Shown one piece after another: positions 20,442 to 30,758 of a stretch of 64,000 nucleotides of DNA. The notes beneath the pieces are model-generated. The model saw only the letters and a program-made list of their open reading frames with translations. It was not told the DNA's origin and searched no databases. The number at the start of each line of letters is the position of its first letter. Position 1 is the stretch's first letter. The stretch comes from an uncultured Bdellovibrionales bacterium (GTDB lineage: Bacteria; Bdellovibrionota_C; UBA2361; SZUA-149; CAZDWZ01), in assembly GCA_964509425.1 (NCBI GenBank), contig CAZDWZ010000011.1:35429-99428 (forward strand). The letters are read 5' to 3'. A program made the translations under genes and the position numbers.

Positions 20442-22262
20442 CTATCGCAAGCAGCCGCTCGAGGGATCAGTGGGATCGGTGATTGTCCGACACTCCGGAA
20501 GCATCGGCACCGGACGGGTCGCTGCTCCGCTCCCTTCGTTCTCCGCAAAAACAATCGCGCGAAATTCTGCCTGATTACAGGATCTCGGGCCCGGCATTCG
20601 AGTAAGCACCGATCCCCACGGAAATCCGACACAGCCATCCACATCCCATGTTTGCAAGCCGGTTCGTCCGAGTCCGTAGCGAAGCGCAATCGGAATATCG
20701 GTGCGAAGCACTTGGCGGTCATTCCGGTCCCTGAATCGTCCGGTTCCCCAATACACCCCCAAGTTTGGCTCACCAAGTGCATATCGCGTACGATTTATTC
20801 TCTGACAGAGAAGTCTCTGAGGGCAACTCTGACAACCCCACCCCGGAACCATACCGACGGCGATGGAATCTTCGGGACAAACATCCGTGCCCTCCACCGT
20901 CTGATCAAGCAAGATGTCCTCGGCTGGAAGAGGACAACAGGCAAAACGAGGGATCGCGCTAGCTGCCCATCGTTCCGAGTGCTTCGGAATACTTATTCCC
21001 ATCAAGGCATGACCATTCGGGCAAGTAGCCGAACTTGCGCGCCAGAAAAAGATCGGATCGCCCGGCTGAAATCCGAGACAGACATATGGCCCAGGACCTG
21101 AGGGGCCGATGCCGAACTTTTTTCCGAGCGCCGTTTCATGACCCTGGTGAATCGGAGTGGCGACATACGAGATTGCGGTCGATGTTTTTCCGGCATCGCG
21201 AGCAAGCTCTCGCCCGGTTTCTTCGAAAAGATAGCCTTCCAGGTTGGGCATGGGAACATCCGCTGCGTCGTCAAGAAAACAAATACCTTGATCGTTTGTG
21301 ACACAGACGTGGTCGGCCTTTGATTTGATCGCAACTCCCGAAAGACCTTTTGAGAGGCGAGCATACGCGACCGAGAGCACTCCCTCCGTGATTACCGTTG
21401 ATACCACATCATCCGCACCGTCGCAGTCCATGTCGGCGAACACGACGGGTGTTCCGAAGAAATTTATGCCTGAGATACTTCGACTCAAACCGCCATACTT
21501 TGAACCGAGAGAAACCCACCACCCGGAGTATTCTCCCCCATAAGCGAGAAGATCGCTTCTTCCATCGCCGTTCAAGTCCGCAAAGCCCGCCGACCTCCAA
21601 ATGGCGGTGGGTGGAAACTCAGTCCAGAGCCGCCGTTCGCCGTTTGCAGTTTCAAACGTCCACTTGTACGTGGTCTCATTATCCTGCGAGATCGAAACGA
21701 CTCCAGCGCTCCCTGGTCCGATGCGCATCATAGGAACTGAAGGACCGCCCCGCTCTCCGCGATTGGTTGAAACCACGTTGGGGCGCTCGATGAAGGCTCC
21801 ACGTCCGTCCGAAATCAAAACGTGTAAAGTCCCGCCGGAGTCTGTAAAGCGAATGTCGTCCAATCCGTCGCCCTGAAGGTCAAGCGCTCGAAGCGTTGCC
21901 TCCGAAGGGGAGTTGATGGTGAAGCCTACCGGAGCAAATTTTTTAGAATCCGCGAGAAAAAGTTCGCTGCTTGCGGTGTTTCGGATCAGGAGCTCCGAAC
22001 AGCCATCGTGAAGAAATCGTCCACCGGCAAGGACCTCGAAATTCGCGGTTCCCGCTGATATTGGAACACGAGCACTTTCAAACCGGGGGTTTTGAACCTC
22101 CGTACGTACGATAACCTTTGTCCGTTCGAAAACTTGCTCGACTTCTGCCAACGCAGAGCGGGGGAGAAGAGAATAGAGGACGGCCAGCAGTAAAGCAGCC
22201 GAGCGGCATCGCTGAGAATAGGGATGGAGCGGCCGCGAAGCTTGTTGCATATTCATAGTCAT
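20442..22262 (-). CDS. secreted FG-GAP/VCBS-like beta-propeller repeat protein
   Basis: Repeated DxNGDGxxD-type motifs: ADLNGDGRSDLLAYGG, ADMDCDGADDVVS, DLQGDGLDDIRFTDSGG. Signal peptide after the internal Met. C-terminal Cys-rich domain. Confidence 0.55.
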   Translation of the reverse strand: MTMNMQQASRPLHPYSQRCRSAALLLAVLYSLLPRSALAEVEQVFERTKVIVRTEVQNPRFESARVPISAGTANFEVLAGGRFLHDGCSELLIRNTASSELFLADSKKFAPVGFTINSPSEATLRALDLQGDGLDDIRFTDSGGTLHVLISDGRGAFIERPNVVSTNRGERGGPSVPMMRIGPGSAGVVSISQDNETTYKWTFETANGERRLWTEFPPTAIWRSAGFADLNGDGRSDLLAYGGEYSGWWVSLGSKYGGLSRSISGINFFGTPVVFADMDCDGADDVVSTVITEGVLSVAYARLSKGLSGVAIKSKADHVCVTNDQGICFLDDAADVPMPNLEGYLFEETGRELARDAGKTSTAISYVATPIHQGHETALGKKFGIGPSGPGPYVCLGFQPGDPIFFWRASSATCPNGHALMGISIPKHSERWAASAIPRFACCPLPAEDILLDQTVEGTDVCPEDSIAVGMVPGWGCQSCPQRLLCQRINRTRYALGEPNLGVYWGTGRFRDRNDRQVLRTDIPIALRYGLGRTGLQTWDVDGCVGFPWGSVLTRMPGPRSCNQAEFRAIVFAENEGSGAATRPVPMLPECRTITDPTDPSSGCLR

Positions 22263-22369
22263 TACATTCTGGAAACGATAGCCCACCGAGGCGGGAGAGG
22301 CTAGTGCTGCAATGAGTCCGAGTGAGAATTCACCGGGTGAGAGCACGAAAAAGGGTTGGTTCTAATCGA

Positions 22370-23878
22370 ATGAAAATTGAAACTCCCGCGGGTGGAAGCG
22401 CGCCGGCCCGGGTGATCACCCTGCACCGATTATTTGCCGCGGCACTCTTTTTGCTCCTCTTATCTGCCGCTGTCGCTCAAGCTCTGTACGTTTTCACCGA
22501 GGTGCGAAGGATCGCCTGGGAGTCCTCGGTCATGACCGCCGCGAGTATCGCGGATCGTTTCGTTCGTTCTCTGGCTCTCGAGCCTCACGGCGCAGTTCCC
22601 GCGGCCATGTTCGAAGCGGGAGTTCTTCGGAAGGCGTCTTTGGAATTTGCAGAGACGATGCCGGGTGCTGACCTCTTTCTCGTGAGCGAAAGCGGCCAGA
22701 TACTCGCGAATTTCAGCGAGCACAACACGATTCGACAAAAAATCGACCCGGCTCCGCTTCACGAATTTCTTCGCGTTCCGAGATCGACGGGTCCTTTGGT
22801 CTTTGGAGATGATCCGACGAGTCCAACCGGGACGACGCCATTCGTGTCGATACGTGTTCCTGGATTCGAACGGCCGACATTGTTGTACGTGGCGCTGCAG
22901 CGCACGTTTCTTCTCCGCTCACTTCGCTTCAAGTTCGACGAATATCTCCCGAAGCTCATTCTCGTGACCTTAGCAGCGCAGATTGCGACCGCAATCCTTG
23001 CGGCATTTCTCATCCGCCGCTTCCTCACACGTCGGCTCCGTTTGCTCTCGCAGGCTCTTGAGTCTTACCGCAGAGGGAAATACTCCGATCGAGTCGAGGT
23101 GAAGGGAAGCGATGAGGTCGCGGAGCTTGCATCGCTCGCGAATTCCATGGCTGATAAAATAGAGACCAGCATCAGCGCGCTCGAAGACCGTGACCGGCTG
23201 CGGCGTGAGCTCATCGCGAACGTCTCGCATGACCTTCGCACTCCCGCGAGCGTACTCCAAGGCTACAGCTCGTTGCTTGTCGATCCCAGTCGAGAGTTGA
23301 CTCATGAAGACAGAAAAGGCGTCTATTCCGCGATCGCCTCAGGCTCGCTCTCCCTCTCTCGACTTCTCGCGCAGCTTTGGGAATTATCAAGACTCGAAGC
23401 GAAAGAGCGAGTCCCGGAGCTCGAGACTTTCTGTGTCGGTGAGCTGGCCACGGAAGTGGCGGATCAACTGCGAGAGAAAGCTCGCACCCGAGATATCGAG
23501 ATCGTGATCACTATACCCGAGCCGCCTCCCGCCGTAGTCGCCGACCCGTCGCTTATCATTCGAGCACTCACCAACCTGATTGAAAACGCCATTCACTACA
23601 CTCCTTCAGGGGGAAGAGTAGAGATAGAGGTTGTGCCCGAAGCCGGTGGAGTCAGCGTGAGAGTTCATGACACGGGTGCAGGTATATCCGAAGAGGACTT
23701 GACGAGAATCTTTGAACGAACGGTCCGCGTGAAGGGTGCGGAAACCGGACAGGAAGACTCCGGCGGTCTCGGACTTGCTATCGTGAGACGAATTATGGAG
23801 CTCCACGGAATCGAAATTTCTGTTTCCAGCAAGGAAGCCGAGGGCAGCACGTTTGGGTTCGCGCTGCCACGCGCTTAA
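22370..23878 (+). CDS. two-component sensor histidine kinase
   Basis: One TM segment near the N-terminus. HisKA H-box SHDLRTPASVLQGY. HATPase_c G-boxes HDTGAGISEEDLTRIFER and GGLGLAIV. Confidence 0.8.
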   Translation: MKIETPAGGSAPARVITLHRLFAAALFLLLLSAAVAQALYVFTEVRRIAWESSVMTAASIADRFVRSLALEPHGAVPAAMFEAGVLRKASLEFAETMPGADLFLVSESGQILANFSEHNTIRQKIDPAPLHEFLRVPRSTGPLVFGDDPTSPTGTTPFVSIRVPGFERPTLLYVALQRTFLLRSLRFKFDEYLPKLILVTLAAQIATAILAAFLIRRFLTRRLRLLSQALESYRRGKYSDRVEVKGSDEVAELASLANSMADKIETSISALEDRDRLRRELIANVSHDLRTPASVLQGYSSLLVDPSRELTHEDRKGVYSAIASGSLSLSRLLAQLWELSRLEAKERVPELETFCVGELATEVADQLREKARTRDIEIVITIPEPPPAVVADPSLIIRALTNLIENAIHYTPSGGRVEIEVVPEAGGVSVRVHDTGAGISEEDLTRIFERTVRVKGAETGQEDSGGLGLAIVRRIMELHGIEISVSSKEAEGSTFGFALPRA

Positions 23879-24606
23879 CCGTCGGAGAAGTCGCTTGCTT
23901 CAGCGAATCGATAGCCAATCCCGTGTGCCGTCTTCACGAATATAGGATTCTCGGGATTCGGCTCAATCTTGATTCGGAGCCGGCGAATATTGGAGGTGAC
24001 CGTCGAGCTGTAGTTATCGATGTTGTAGCCCCACACTTCTTCTATCAACCGGGTTTTACTCACCGCGCTGCCGGGACGCGACGCGAGAAAATGTAGAAGA
24101 CTGAACTCAAGAGCGGTCAGGTCGACTACTTTGCCGTCAAGCGTCACGGAGTGTTTCTCCGGATCGATTGCAAGGGGACCGAATTTAAGCACCCCCTTCA
24201 ACACCGATTCCGGCGATTGCTGCGAGTATTTCGAACGCCGCAGCAGTGCGGAGATTCTGGCCTCCAGCTCCCGAACGCCGAAGGGTTTCGCGACATAGTC
24301 ATCGGCACCGAGTTCCAGGCCGAGCACTTTATCGATTTCCTCCGCCCGTGCGGTAAGCATGAGGATCGGTGTTTGGTCGTTTTTCGCACGAAGTCGTTTA
24401 CAAATCTCTAGTCCGCCGATTCCCGGTAAGCCGACGTCCAGGATGATCAGGTCATATTCGCCTTTTTCCGCGAGTCTCAAACCCAGCTCGCCATCAATCG
24501 CCGTCTCACTTTTATAGTGGAGTGATGCGACTGAGCGCTCGAGCAGATCGACGATCTTACTGTCGTCTTCGATAATGAGAATGATTTTTGAACTACTTGA
24601 GGACAT
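23875..24606 (-). CDS. OmpR-family response regulator (REC + winged-helix)
   Basis: IILIIEDD...LDVGLPGIGGLE...LMLTAR...ADDYVAKPF receiver motifs. C-terminal Trans_reg_C-like domain. Its stop overlaps the kinase stop by 4 nt (convergent). Confidence 0.85.
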   Translation of the reverse strand: MSSSSSKIILIIEDDSKIVDLLERSVASLHYKSETAIDGELGLRLAEKGEYDLIILDVGLPGIGGLEICKRLRAKNDQTPILMLTARAEEIDKVLGLELGADDYVAKPFGVRELEARISALLRRSKYSQQSPESVLKGVLKFGPLAIDPEKHSVTLDGKVVDLTALEFSLLHFLASRPGSAVSKTRLIEEVWGYNIDNYSSTVTSNIRRLRIKIEPNPENPIFVKTAHGIGYRFAEASDFSDG

Positions 24607-25472
24607 TCTGAATATTTTGATTCTAATTTGAACGAACGGCAAGGAGGAAAATCCGGCAGCGGCTCATTCAAGCCGACATCGGATCTCGATTCAGCGCTTT
24701 TTTCCCCGATAAACGAGGAAAAATTGCCGAGAAGAATAGAGTGACCGGACGTTTGGATATTTCATTCTTGACTCCATGTCAGTGAATGTTCGCTTTTCCG
24801 ATATGGAAAATGAATCCTGCAAAATTCCTGCGAAGGAAAAGAAAAATCCCTGAACGGCCAGGAAACACTGCGTGTGCTGCAGGAACTTCCCATACCTATC
24901 AGAGTTTCTCGTAGGAGGATCGAAGCGAAAATAGAGCACTCGTCGAGAGTGTTCTGATGAAAACGAACTTTCCGCACGTATCCCGATGCCAGCGAATAAT
25001 TGAAGTAATGGTTTCAAGCCGAAGCCTTCCGACGAAGACGAAAGGAGTACTGATTGTCTGCCAAGCGAAAGCCTCTCATCCGGAGTCTTTGCTGGAAGTG
25101 TAATAGGGTCCGAATCTGGACAACCGTCGACAGCTTCGATCCGAGGTCTCGGAGAAGACTCCACGGACTCTGCCCGCCTTGTAGCGGATTCCCCGCGACG
25201 TTCACGGGACCACGGCTCCCGCACCTGGGAGCTCAGAGGAAGAATCGAGCCGAGGAGGCAGACATCCAGTACCACGGCGATGGTTCTCTGGATGAGGTTC
25301 ATGACTGAGGAAACCAGTCCGTCCGGCACACGACACGTGCCAAGTTTGTTTCACCAAGCCAAATATCGAGCGGTAATACGGAGTACGTTTTTGAGCTGTA
25401 TTCTTGATGTATGAAAGCAGTATGAGGTGGGCTCAATACCTCTCCCGGTAAGGTTTTACTCAGGGAGAACGT

Positions 25473-26210
25473 ATGTCGATTCGAAAATTTCTCGCAACCG
25501 GCCCGGTTCAATTATCTTTCTTGATTGCGGCGCAGCTCGCACTCCTCTTGCTACTGGTCGCCTCGGCGTTCGCTGACTTTCAGTCGAACTCGATTCAAGA
25601 GCCGGTCGATCGCGACCTTCAGCGAAGGTATTGCGACGTCACCAATCCCGGGGGTTGGGGCCAGTATTACTGTGAACATCAAAACGATCCCGATGCATAC
25701 GTCCTGGGATATCCCGGCGGGGTGGCGCAGGAGAACGGTCCGTATGTTCCGAAAACGGCCGGTGTTCGATGGGGCTATCTCTGTTGTCCGAAGGGTCAGC
25801 GCGGGACTGGGAAATGCGGCTACGGAGAGCAACTTTGCGAAGCAATTCCTCCCCCTCCAACGCCGACCCCGACTCCTGTCCCGGTGAACAAGCCCCCATT
25901 AGATAAGGCGGTATCAACTTTTGCGGAGAGCTATGTGCAGGTAAACTTCGGTGACTGCCACACACGCGCGGCGAGCATCTGGTCTTACTTCGGATCATAC
26001 TGCGAGCTTTTGAAGTTAAGCGGAGTGATTCATCAACGCGGCGCCTGTCTCAATCAAGCCCACGCACTCTGCAGAGAAGACAGCGATTTTATCCGATCAA
26101 TCAGCGAAGCTTTCCCCTGCAACCTCGTGCCTGCGATGTTCGACAAACCTGTTCTCAGTCGCAGCTGCTTGATTCAAGCGAACGTGGGCTGCTCAGCGTG
26201 TGATTATTAA
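25473..26210 (+). CDS. secreted Cys-rich protein with PPPPTPTPTPVPV linker
   Basis: AGGGAG RBS. Signal peptide LIAAQLALLLLLVASAFA. Two Cys-rich domains joined by a Pro/Thr linker. Confidence 0.55.
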   Translation: MSIRKFLATGPVQLSFLIAAQLALLLLLVASAFADFQSNSIQEPVDRDLQRRYCDVTNPGGWGQYYCEHQNDPDAYVLGYPGGVAQENGPYVPKTAGVRWGYLCCPKGQRGTGKCGYGEQLCEAIPPPPTPTPTPVPVNKPPLDKAVSTFAESYVQVNFGDCHTRAASIWSYFGSYCELLKLSGVIHQRGACLNQAHALCREDSDFIRSISEAFPCNLVPAMFDKPVLSRSCLIQANVGCSACDY

Positions 26211-26218
26211 CCGATGCT

Positions 26219-26249
26219 CCGCTCCTCTGGAAGAACTCCAGAGGAGCGG
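26219..26249 (+). terminator. 12-bp stem hairpin immediately after the 25473-26210 gene
   Basis: ccgctcctctgg aagaact ccagaggagcgg lies 9 nt after the stop. No T-tract. Confidence 0.4.
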
Positions 26250-26553
26250 GCTGAACATTGCAATCGCCTCTCGACGCTCTCCGTGGGAAATCTCTTTCTA
26301 CTCCGAAGAAGGTCTCTCTCATGGTTGCGAGAGCATCCTCGGCATAAACCTTGAGACTCGCTCATTCTCAAGTGAATTCGCTTTGCCGATCCAACACATC
26401 TTTTCATTCCACGCCGTGGCCTGAGGAGCACGTGATTAGGTTCATTTGCCAAGGCTAAACGGGAAGCAGTTGCTGAGAGGAGTTAGCGCCGGCTGAGAAC
26501 GGCCTGCGCTAACCCCTCGAAACTCGAGTGGCGGCATCAACCAGGAGCGAGCG

Positions 26554-27060
26554 ATGACGAACGAGTACGTGTCCGTGGTGGAGGCGCTCCGGCGCTTGTC
26601 TACCGCCCTTCCCGGGGACCACGACCAGCCCTTTTGGTGGAGCGACGTGCTGGGGATCGGCCTCCAGCAGCCGCTCCTCGCGGTCCCCGAGGAGCCGGTC
26701 TACGCCCAGGGGCGGCTCTCGCAGGCCTGGCGGCGGTGGTGCGAGAGCTACGTGGCGCGGCCGGAGGCGGAGATGCCGCAGCACCTCGCCGTGCGGCACT
26801 GCCTGTGGGCCGACAACTTCGTGCGGCTCGCGTGTCGGTTCCCGCTGGGGAGCTGGATCGCGCAGGGCTTGCTGAATGGGCTCGCGCTGACGCTCCGTGT
26901 GGGTGTGGGGATCCCGGAAGACCGCGAAGTGGCGGAGGTCCTCCGGGGTGCAGCCGCCTTGGCGCGCGGGGTGGGAAGCGAGGACCTCGCCGAAGAACTC
27001 CACGAACTCGGGAACGCGTTCGACGGGGAACCCGAGTACGAGATCCCGTCCCAGGAGTAA
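26554..27060 (+). CDS. hypothetical protein in a ~68% GC island
   Basis: Most protein-like of several overlapping frames in a high-GC block. Confidence 0.4.
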   Translation: MTNEYVSVVEALRRLSTALPGDHDQPFWWSDVLGIGLQQPLLAVPEEPVYAQGRLSQAWRRWCESYVARPEAEMPQHLAVRHCLWADNFVRLACRFPLGSWIAQGLLNGLALTLRVGVGIPEDREVAEVLRGAAALARGVGSEDLAEELHELGNAFDGEPEYEIPSQE

Positions 27061-27426
27061 TACTCGGGAGGGGAGAGGCGGTGCGAACGTTAGAAAACCC
27101 CGCCTCTCCCACGAAGTGATCACGAAGCAACTGCTACCCCACGGAGAAACGGTCCGCCGTTTCTCCGAGGTTTCGCACGTGCTCCCTTCGAATTCTTGCG
27201 GCGTCTTTCGCCGTTTGGGAAACAGAATAAGAAAAATCGTCAGCAAAACAGGCGAGCTGTGCCTTTGGGCGATCCCTCGCACTCGGCATTTCAGTTTTCA
27301 CTGATGAGACCAACCCAAGCTGACAACCTGAGCTGGATCATTCCGATCTACCGGAAGCTGAACTACACGGTGAGTTCGTAGGCTAAACAATCAATATACT
27401 TTGCGAATGCGAAGAGGAGAAACGAT

Positions 27427-27675
27427 ATGAAGCGCGCCTTCATGACAGCTTTTGTGGTGTTAGTATTTTCTGCTTGCAGCAACAACAGCTCAAACCAGCG
27501 TTTTGACGACAAGGGCCAGCAAGATACCAGATCGTCGATGAAACGAGTTGAGCGGAATGCCGGGGAAATGGTGGAAGAGGCAAATCACGGGATCCAACGT
27601 GGCGTTAATGCTCTCGATAAGAGCTGGGAAACGCCTCGCGAGCGAGACACCGAAGATCGAGACGATAACCGTTAG
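27427..27675 (+). CDS. small lipoprotein
   Basis: GAGGAG RBS. MKRAFMTAFVVLVFSAC lipobox-like signal. Confidence 0.45.
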   Translation: MKRAFMTAFVVLVFSACSNNSSNQRFDDKGQQDTRSSMKRVERNAGEMVEEANHGIQRGVNALDKSWETPRERDTEDRDDNR

Positions 27676-27920
27676 AAGGCGCCCCTCTTCCTCACTCTTA
27701 CTGCGGGAGAGGTTACGGTTAGGTCCTATACCTGCTTTTACCCTCTCCCGTCTCTCCATTAATGCCGTATTCACCTCTTCTTGGAAGAGTGGCTTTGATT
27801 CAGGGTTGCGGGACGAGCCGCACCTAGCAGATGCTTTGCGTCTCGAGTTATATCGATCAAGATTCTTCGTTTCCGTAGGAGCGGAAAACATCGCAATAAA
27901 ACTCTTCGAGGCCCAAGCCT

Positions 27921-28277
27921 ATGCTTCGCCGACTGCTTCGGAAGATCTTCAAAAGACCGCCGCGTGTTCACCCGCTCCTCGTTTCGATGGATGAAGAACG
28001 GATACGCCTAAAGAATGAGCGGGACGGCGCAGAGAAAAGCGTCCTCTGGAACGATCTCCTGCAGATTGTGGTCGAGACCACGGACGAAGGGCCGTGGCTG
28101 GAGGACATGTATTATATTTTCTACACCACCTCGGAGCCCCTGGTGGTGCCCTCCGAGTCCCGAGGCGTAAGCGAGCTGGTATCAAAAATTGCGGGGCTGC
28201 CTGGCTTCGATCAGGCGCAATATTTCGCGGCCGTCGGGTCGACTGACAATAAGCAGTTTCTGGTCTGGAAGAAATGA
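27921..28277 (+). CDS. hypothetical protein
   Basis: ORF only. Confidence 0.3.
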   Translation: MLRRLLRKIFKRPPRVHPLLVSMDEERIRLKNERDGAEKSVLWNDLLQIVVETTDEGPWLEDMYYIFYTTSEPLVVPSESRGVSELVSKIAGLPGFDQAQYFAAVGSTDNKQFLVWKK

Positions 28278-28582
28278 CCCCGATACGCTCCTCTTCTTAG
28301 AGCTGAATTTCCATTCTTCAGTTATCGAAAATTCGCCTGCAATTGAGTCTTCTGCTGCGTGAGGCTCTCTGCGTTTACACATATCCATTTATAGGACTCG
28401 TTCGCGCTCGGCTCGAAGCTCAATCTAAAAAAGTGCGGCGCATTTCCCTCTGACCGCTGAGCTCACCAATCCGCGGCGGCCCGTTGTTACAGGTTTGCTA
28501 GAACACGCGGGCGTCCGGGAAAACGAATAACAGGAGCGAACAAGTCTCCGATAAAATCCAAAAAGCACGAGAGAGAAAAGAA

Positions 28583-30274
28583 ATGAAGTTTCGTCTAATT
28601 TTCTCAACGGCATTCCTCGCGCTGATCGATACGGCGCTTTTCCCCGCTCGCTTGCAACCGGCGGCTGCAGCACCGCTCGCAAATTGCGCTGAGGCAAAAC
28701 AGCTTCTCGCAGCAGTCCCCGGAACCGTGGACGTCCCGCCGCCCGCCCCGTGCGAGGCTCCGTGCACCCCATCGCGAATCGGCTGTAGTTGTCCTAATCC
28801 CACGCCGCTCCCGACGCCGACCCCCGAGCCACCCGCAACGACGACGAACGCGGCCGGAGTAGCCCCAACCGGTGGGTATACGTCGATAAGCTACGAAAGC
28901 ATTTTTGGCACCGGCATCCACCCTCAGTTTCTTACGTATGACAGAGGGAGCGTCCCGGCATGTTTGCAGCAGCGAATCGACTCGGCGTACCAAATCGCGT
29001 TTGGGATTACCCATGTCGATTCGGACAGCGAGTTCATTCGCCGGGTGCTCGGTCCATACAATCTGGGCGGAGTCGGGCAGGTAAACGTCTATAGCGGCCG
29101 AATCGTCATCGACAGCAATTGCAATCGTGTTCCGGATGACACACCGGCGGAGAATGCGATCAGCATCCGGATCATCTGTTCTCCCATATCCCTCCTCTGG
29201 GAAGCGGGAACGGAGATCGATCGCGACTTCCGGCTCGTGCGTTTTCCGCTCAACTTGAGCAAAGGCGCCGAATGGGTGGAGTGGAAGGCGTCGAAAGCTG
29301 CTCCGCTTCTCGTCTACGATCCGCTCAGAAAGCGGCAAGTCACCTCAGCAGCCGATCTCTTCGGAAACTGGAGCTTTGTCGATATCGCATCCACTCCGGA
29401 TCCAGCGAAAGCCGAGGCTCCATGGAGACACGGGTACGATGCCCTCGCGACGCTCGATCTAAATGGAGACGGCGCCATCCGGGGAGCGGAGCTCGATCCC
29501 GTTGCGCTGTGGTTTGACGAAGACCGCGACGGCGTCTCGGGAACTGGTGAAGTCGTTGGGGCGGCAGAGAAAGGTGTGACCGCACTCTATTATAAGCCCG
29601 ACAGGGTCGATGAGGATACGCACGCGATCTACGCGACGAAAGGCTTTGAAAGAGAATCAGGCGGTATTCGAATCACTGGAACTTCAGTTGACTGGTTTGC
29701 ACCGGGCGCTGGTTCACCGATTACGCTTCTTCAACACCTTCGCCGCTCACCGATTGGAAAAGCCGCCGGAGATCTTGCCATCGCACGAGCCGCCGCACTC
29801 CAGCAGGGAAATCGTGAAAATGAATCCAAGAAACAAGCGGCCGTTCAGCGAAAACGCTCCGAACAATTTGGCGGAGCATGGCGCTGGCGGGTGAACGCGA
29901 ACGATGACGACTCACAACCTCAGGGGTTTCTTCTTCTCTCGGATAAGAATGGCGAGATAAGCGGAGCAAGCGTCGTGGAAATGCTGATTCCGGGAAGTGG
30001 TGGATTGAGAATCATCGAAGCCTATCCTATTTCCGGCCGATCGTTTACGGAGCGCTCAGGCAGACGCCGCGCCGTGTTCTCCGTTTTGGAACCAAACGGA
30101 GTTTCAACCTCCGAGGTGGCGCTCGTTTCTGGCGGATTGGAGCTCGCCGGCACGACAACGCTGAAGGATGTTTCGTATCTCGGGAAAACTGTTTCGCTCG
30201 ATTACGATTGGAAGGCCGAACGGATTAAAGCGCCGAAGCCAAAAAGCCAGACGAGGCCGGAGTACGGACAATGA
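28583..30274 (+). CDS. secreted hypothetical protein (563 aa) with Pro/Thr linker and EF-hand/dockerin-like DxNGDGxI motif
   Basis: Signal peptide MKFRLIFSTAFLALIDTALFPA. PTPLPTPTPEPP linker. LDLNGDGAIRGAELD motif. Its stop overlaps the TadE-like start (ATGA). Confidence 0.55.
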   Translation: MKFRLIFSTAFLALIDTALFPARLQPAAAAPLANCAEAKQLLAAVPGTVDVPPPAPCEAPCTPSRIGCSCPNPTPLPTPTPEPPATTTNAAGVAPTGGYTSISYESIFGTGIHPQFLTYDRGSVPACLQQRIDSAYQIAFGITHVDSDSEFIRRVLGPYNLGGVGQVNVYSGRIVIDSNCNRVPDDTPAENAISIRIICSPISLLWEAGTEIDRDFRLVRFPLNLSKGAEWVEWKASKAAPLLVYDPLRKRQVTSAADLFGNWSFVDIASTPDPAKAEAPWRHGYDALATLDLNGDGAIRGAELDPVALWFDEDRDGVSGTGEVVGAAEKGVTALYYKPDRVDEDTHAIYATKGFERESGGIRITGTSVDWFAPGAGSPITLLQHLRRSPIGKAAGDLAIARAAALQQGNRENESKKQAAVQRKRSEQFGGAWRWRVNANDDDSQPQGFLLLSDKNGEISGASVVEMLIPGSGGLRIIEAYPISGRSFTERSGRRRAVFSVLEPNGVSTSEVALVSGGLELAGTTTLKDVSYLGKTVSLDYDWKAERIKAPKPKSQTRPEYGQ

Positions 30275-30756
30275 CGGCAGCCGTTTCTCGATCAAACCTC
30301 TCCGACCCGGAAGAACGTGGCGCCATCATGCTCGAGGCGGCAATCGGCTTTCCACTCTTTCTCCTCATCTTCGGAGGCGGTATCGAACTTATTCGCTTCT
30401 GCTTCTACGTGATCGGCCTCCAACTCGTTGTTACTAACGGTGTGAGAGCTTCTTCCATCGGGAACTGCGGCACAGGTGTTGTTAACTGCATACCAACAGT
30501 CAGTGCTGAACACGTGAAGGCACGGATCCTGTCTGAAGCGGCGGCGGTCGGAATAGGACTCTCCCCCGAGAGCGTGTGTATCCGCGCTGAAAGTAATCTC
30601 GACTGCACTCAAGGTCAGGACACGACCGGGAAGTCGAAGGAGCTCGTGGTGGTTCGAGTCTCCCGGCCGTTTTTTTTCTTCTTCGGATTGGGAGAGCTCA
30701 CGGTTCGTGCTGCTGCGCTTGCCCGAAACGAACCGAGACACCATGGGGCAGTGTAG
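30271..30756 (+). CDS. TadE-like pseudopilin (Flp-pilus assembly TadE/TadG N-terminal family)
   Basis: ERGAIMLEAAIGFPLFLLIFGGGIELIRF matches the TadE N-terminal segment (charged residues, then a hydrophobic helix with conserved E). Confidence 0.65.
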   Translation: MTAAVSRSNLSDPEERGAIMLEAAIGFPLFLLIFGGGIELIRFCFYVIGLQLVVTNGVRASSIGNCGTGVVNCIPTVSAEHVKARILSEAAAVGIGLSPESVCIRAESNLDCTQGQDTTGKSKELVVVRVSRPFFFFFGLGELTVRAAALARNEPRHHGAV

Positions 30757-30758
30757 CG

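Noticed and set aside
23875-23878. Convergent 4-nt stop-codon overlap of the histidine kinase and response regulator genes
   Set aside because: The face-to-face orientation is unusual, since TCS pairs are normally co-directional. However, both genes are intact and well supported. I could not derive a functional implication, so it is noted rather than reported as a finding.
24691-25329. 212-aa minus-strand ORF and overlapping 84-aa plus ORF between the response regulator and the secreted Cys-rich gene
   Set aside because: Low-complexity Ser/Arg-rich translation with no signal peptide or RBS. It is likely non-coding intergenic sequence, so it was not called.
26600-27304. Stack of overlapping ORFs on both strands in the 26.5-27.1 kb GC island
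   Set aside because: High-GC artefacts (Arg/Pro/Gly-rich). Only the 168-aa plus-strand frame looks protein-like, and even that is low confidence.
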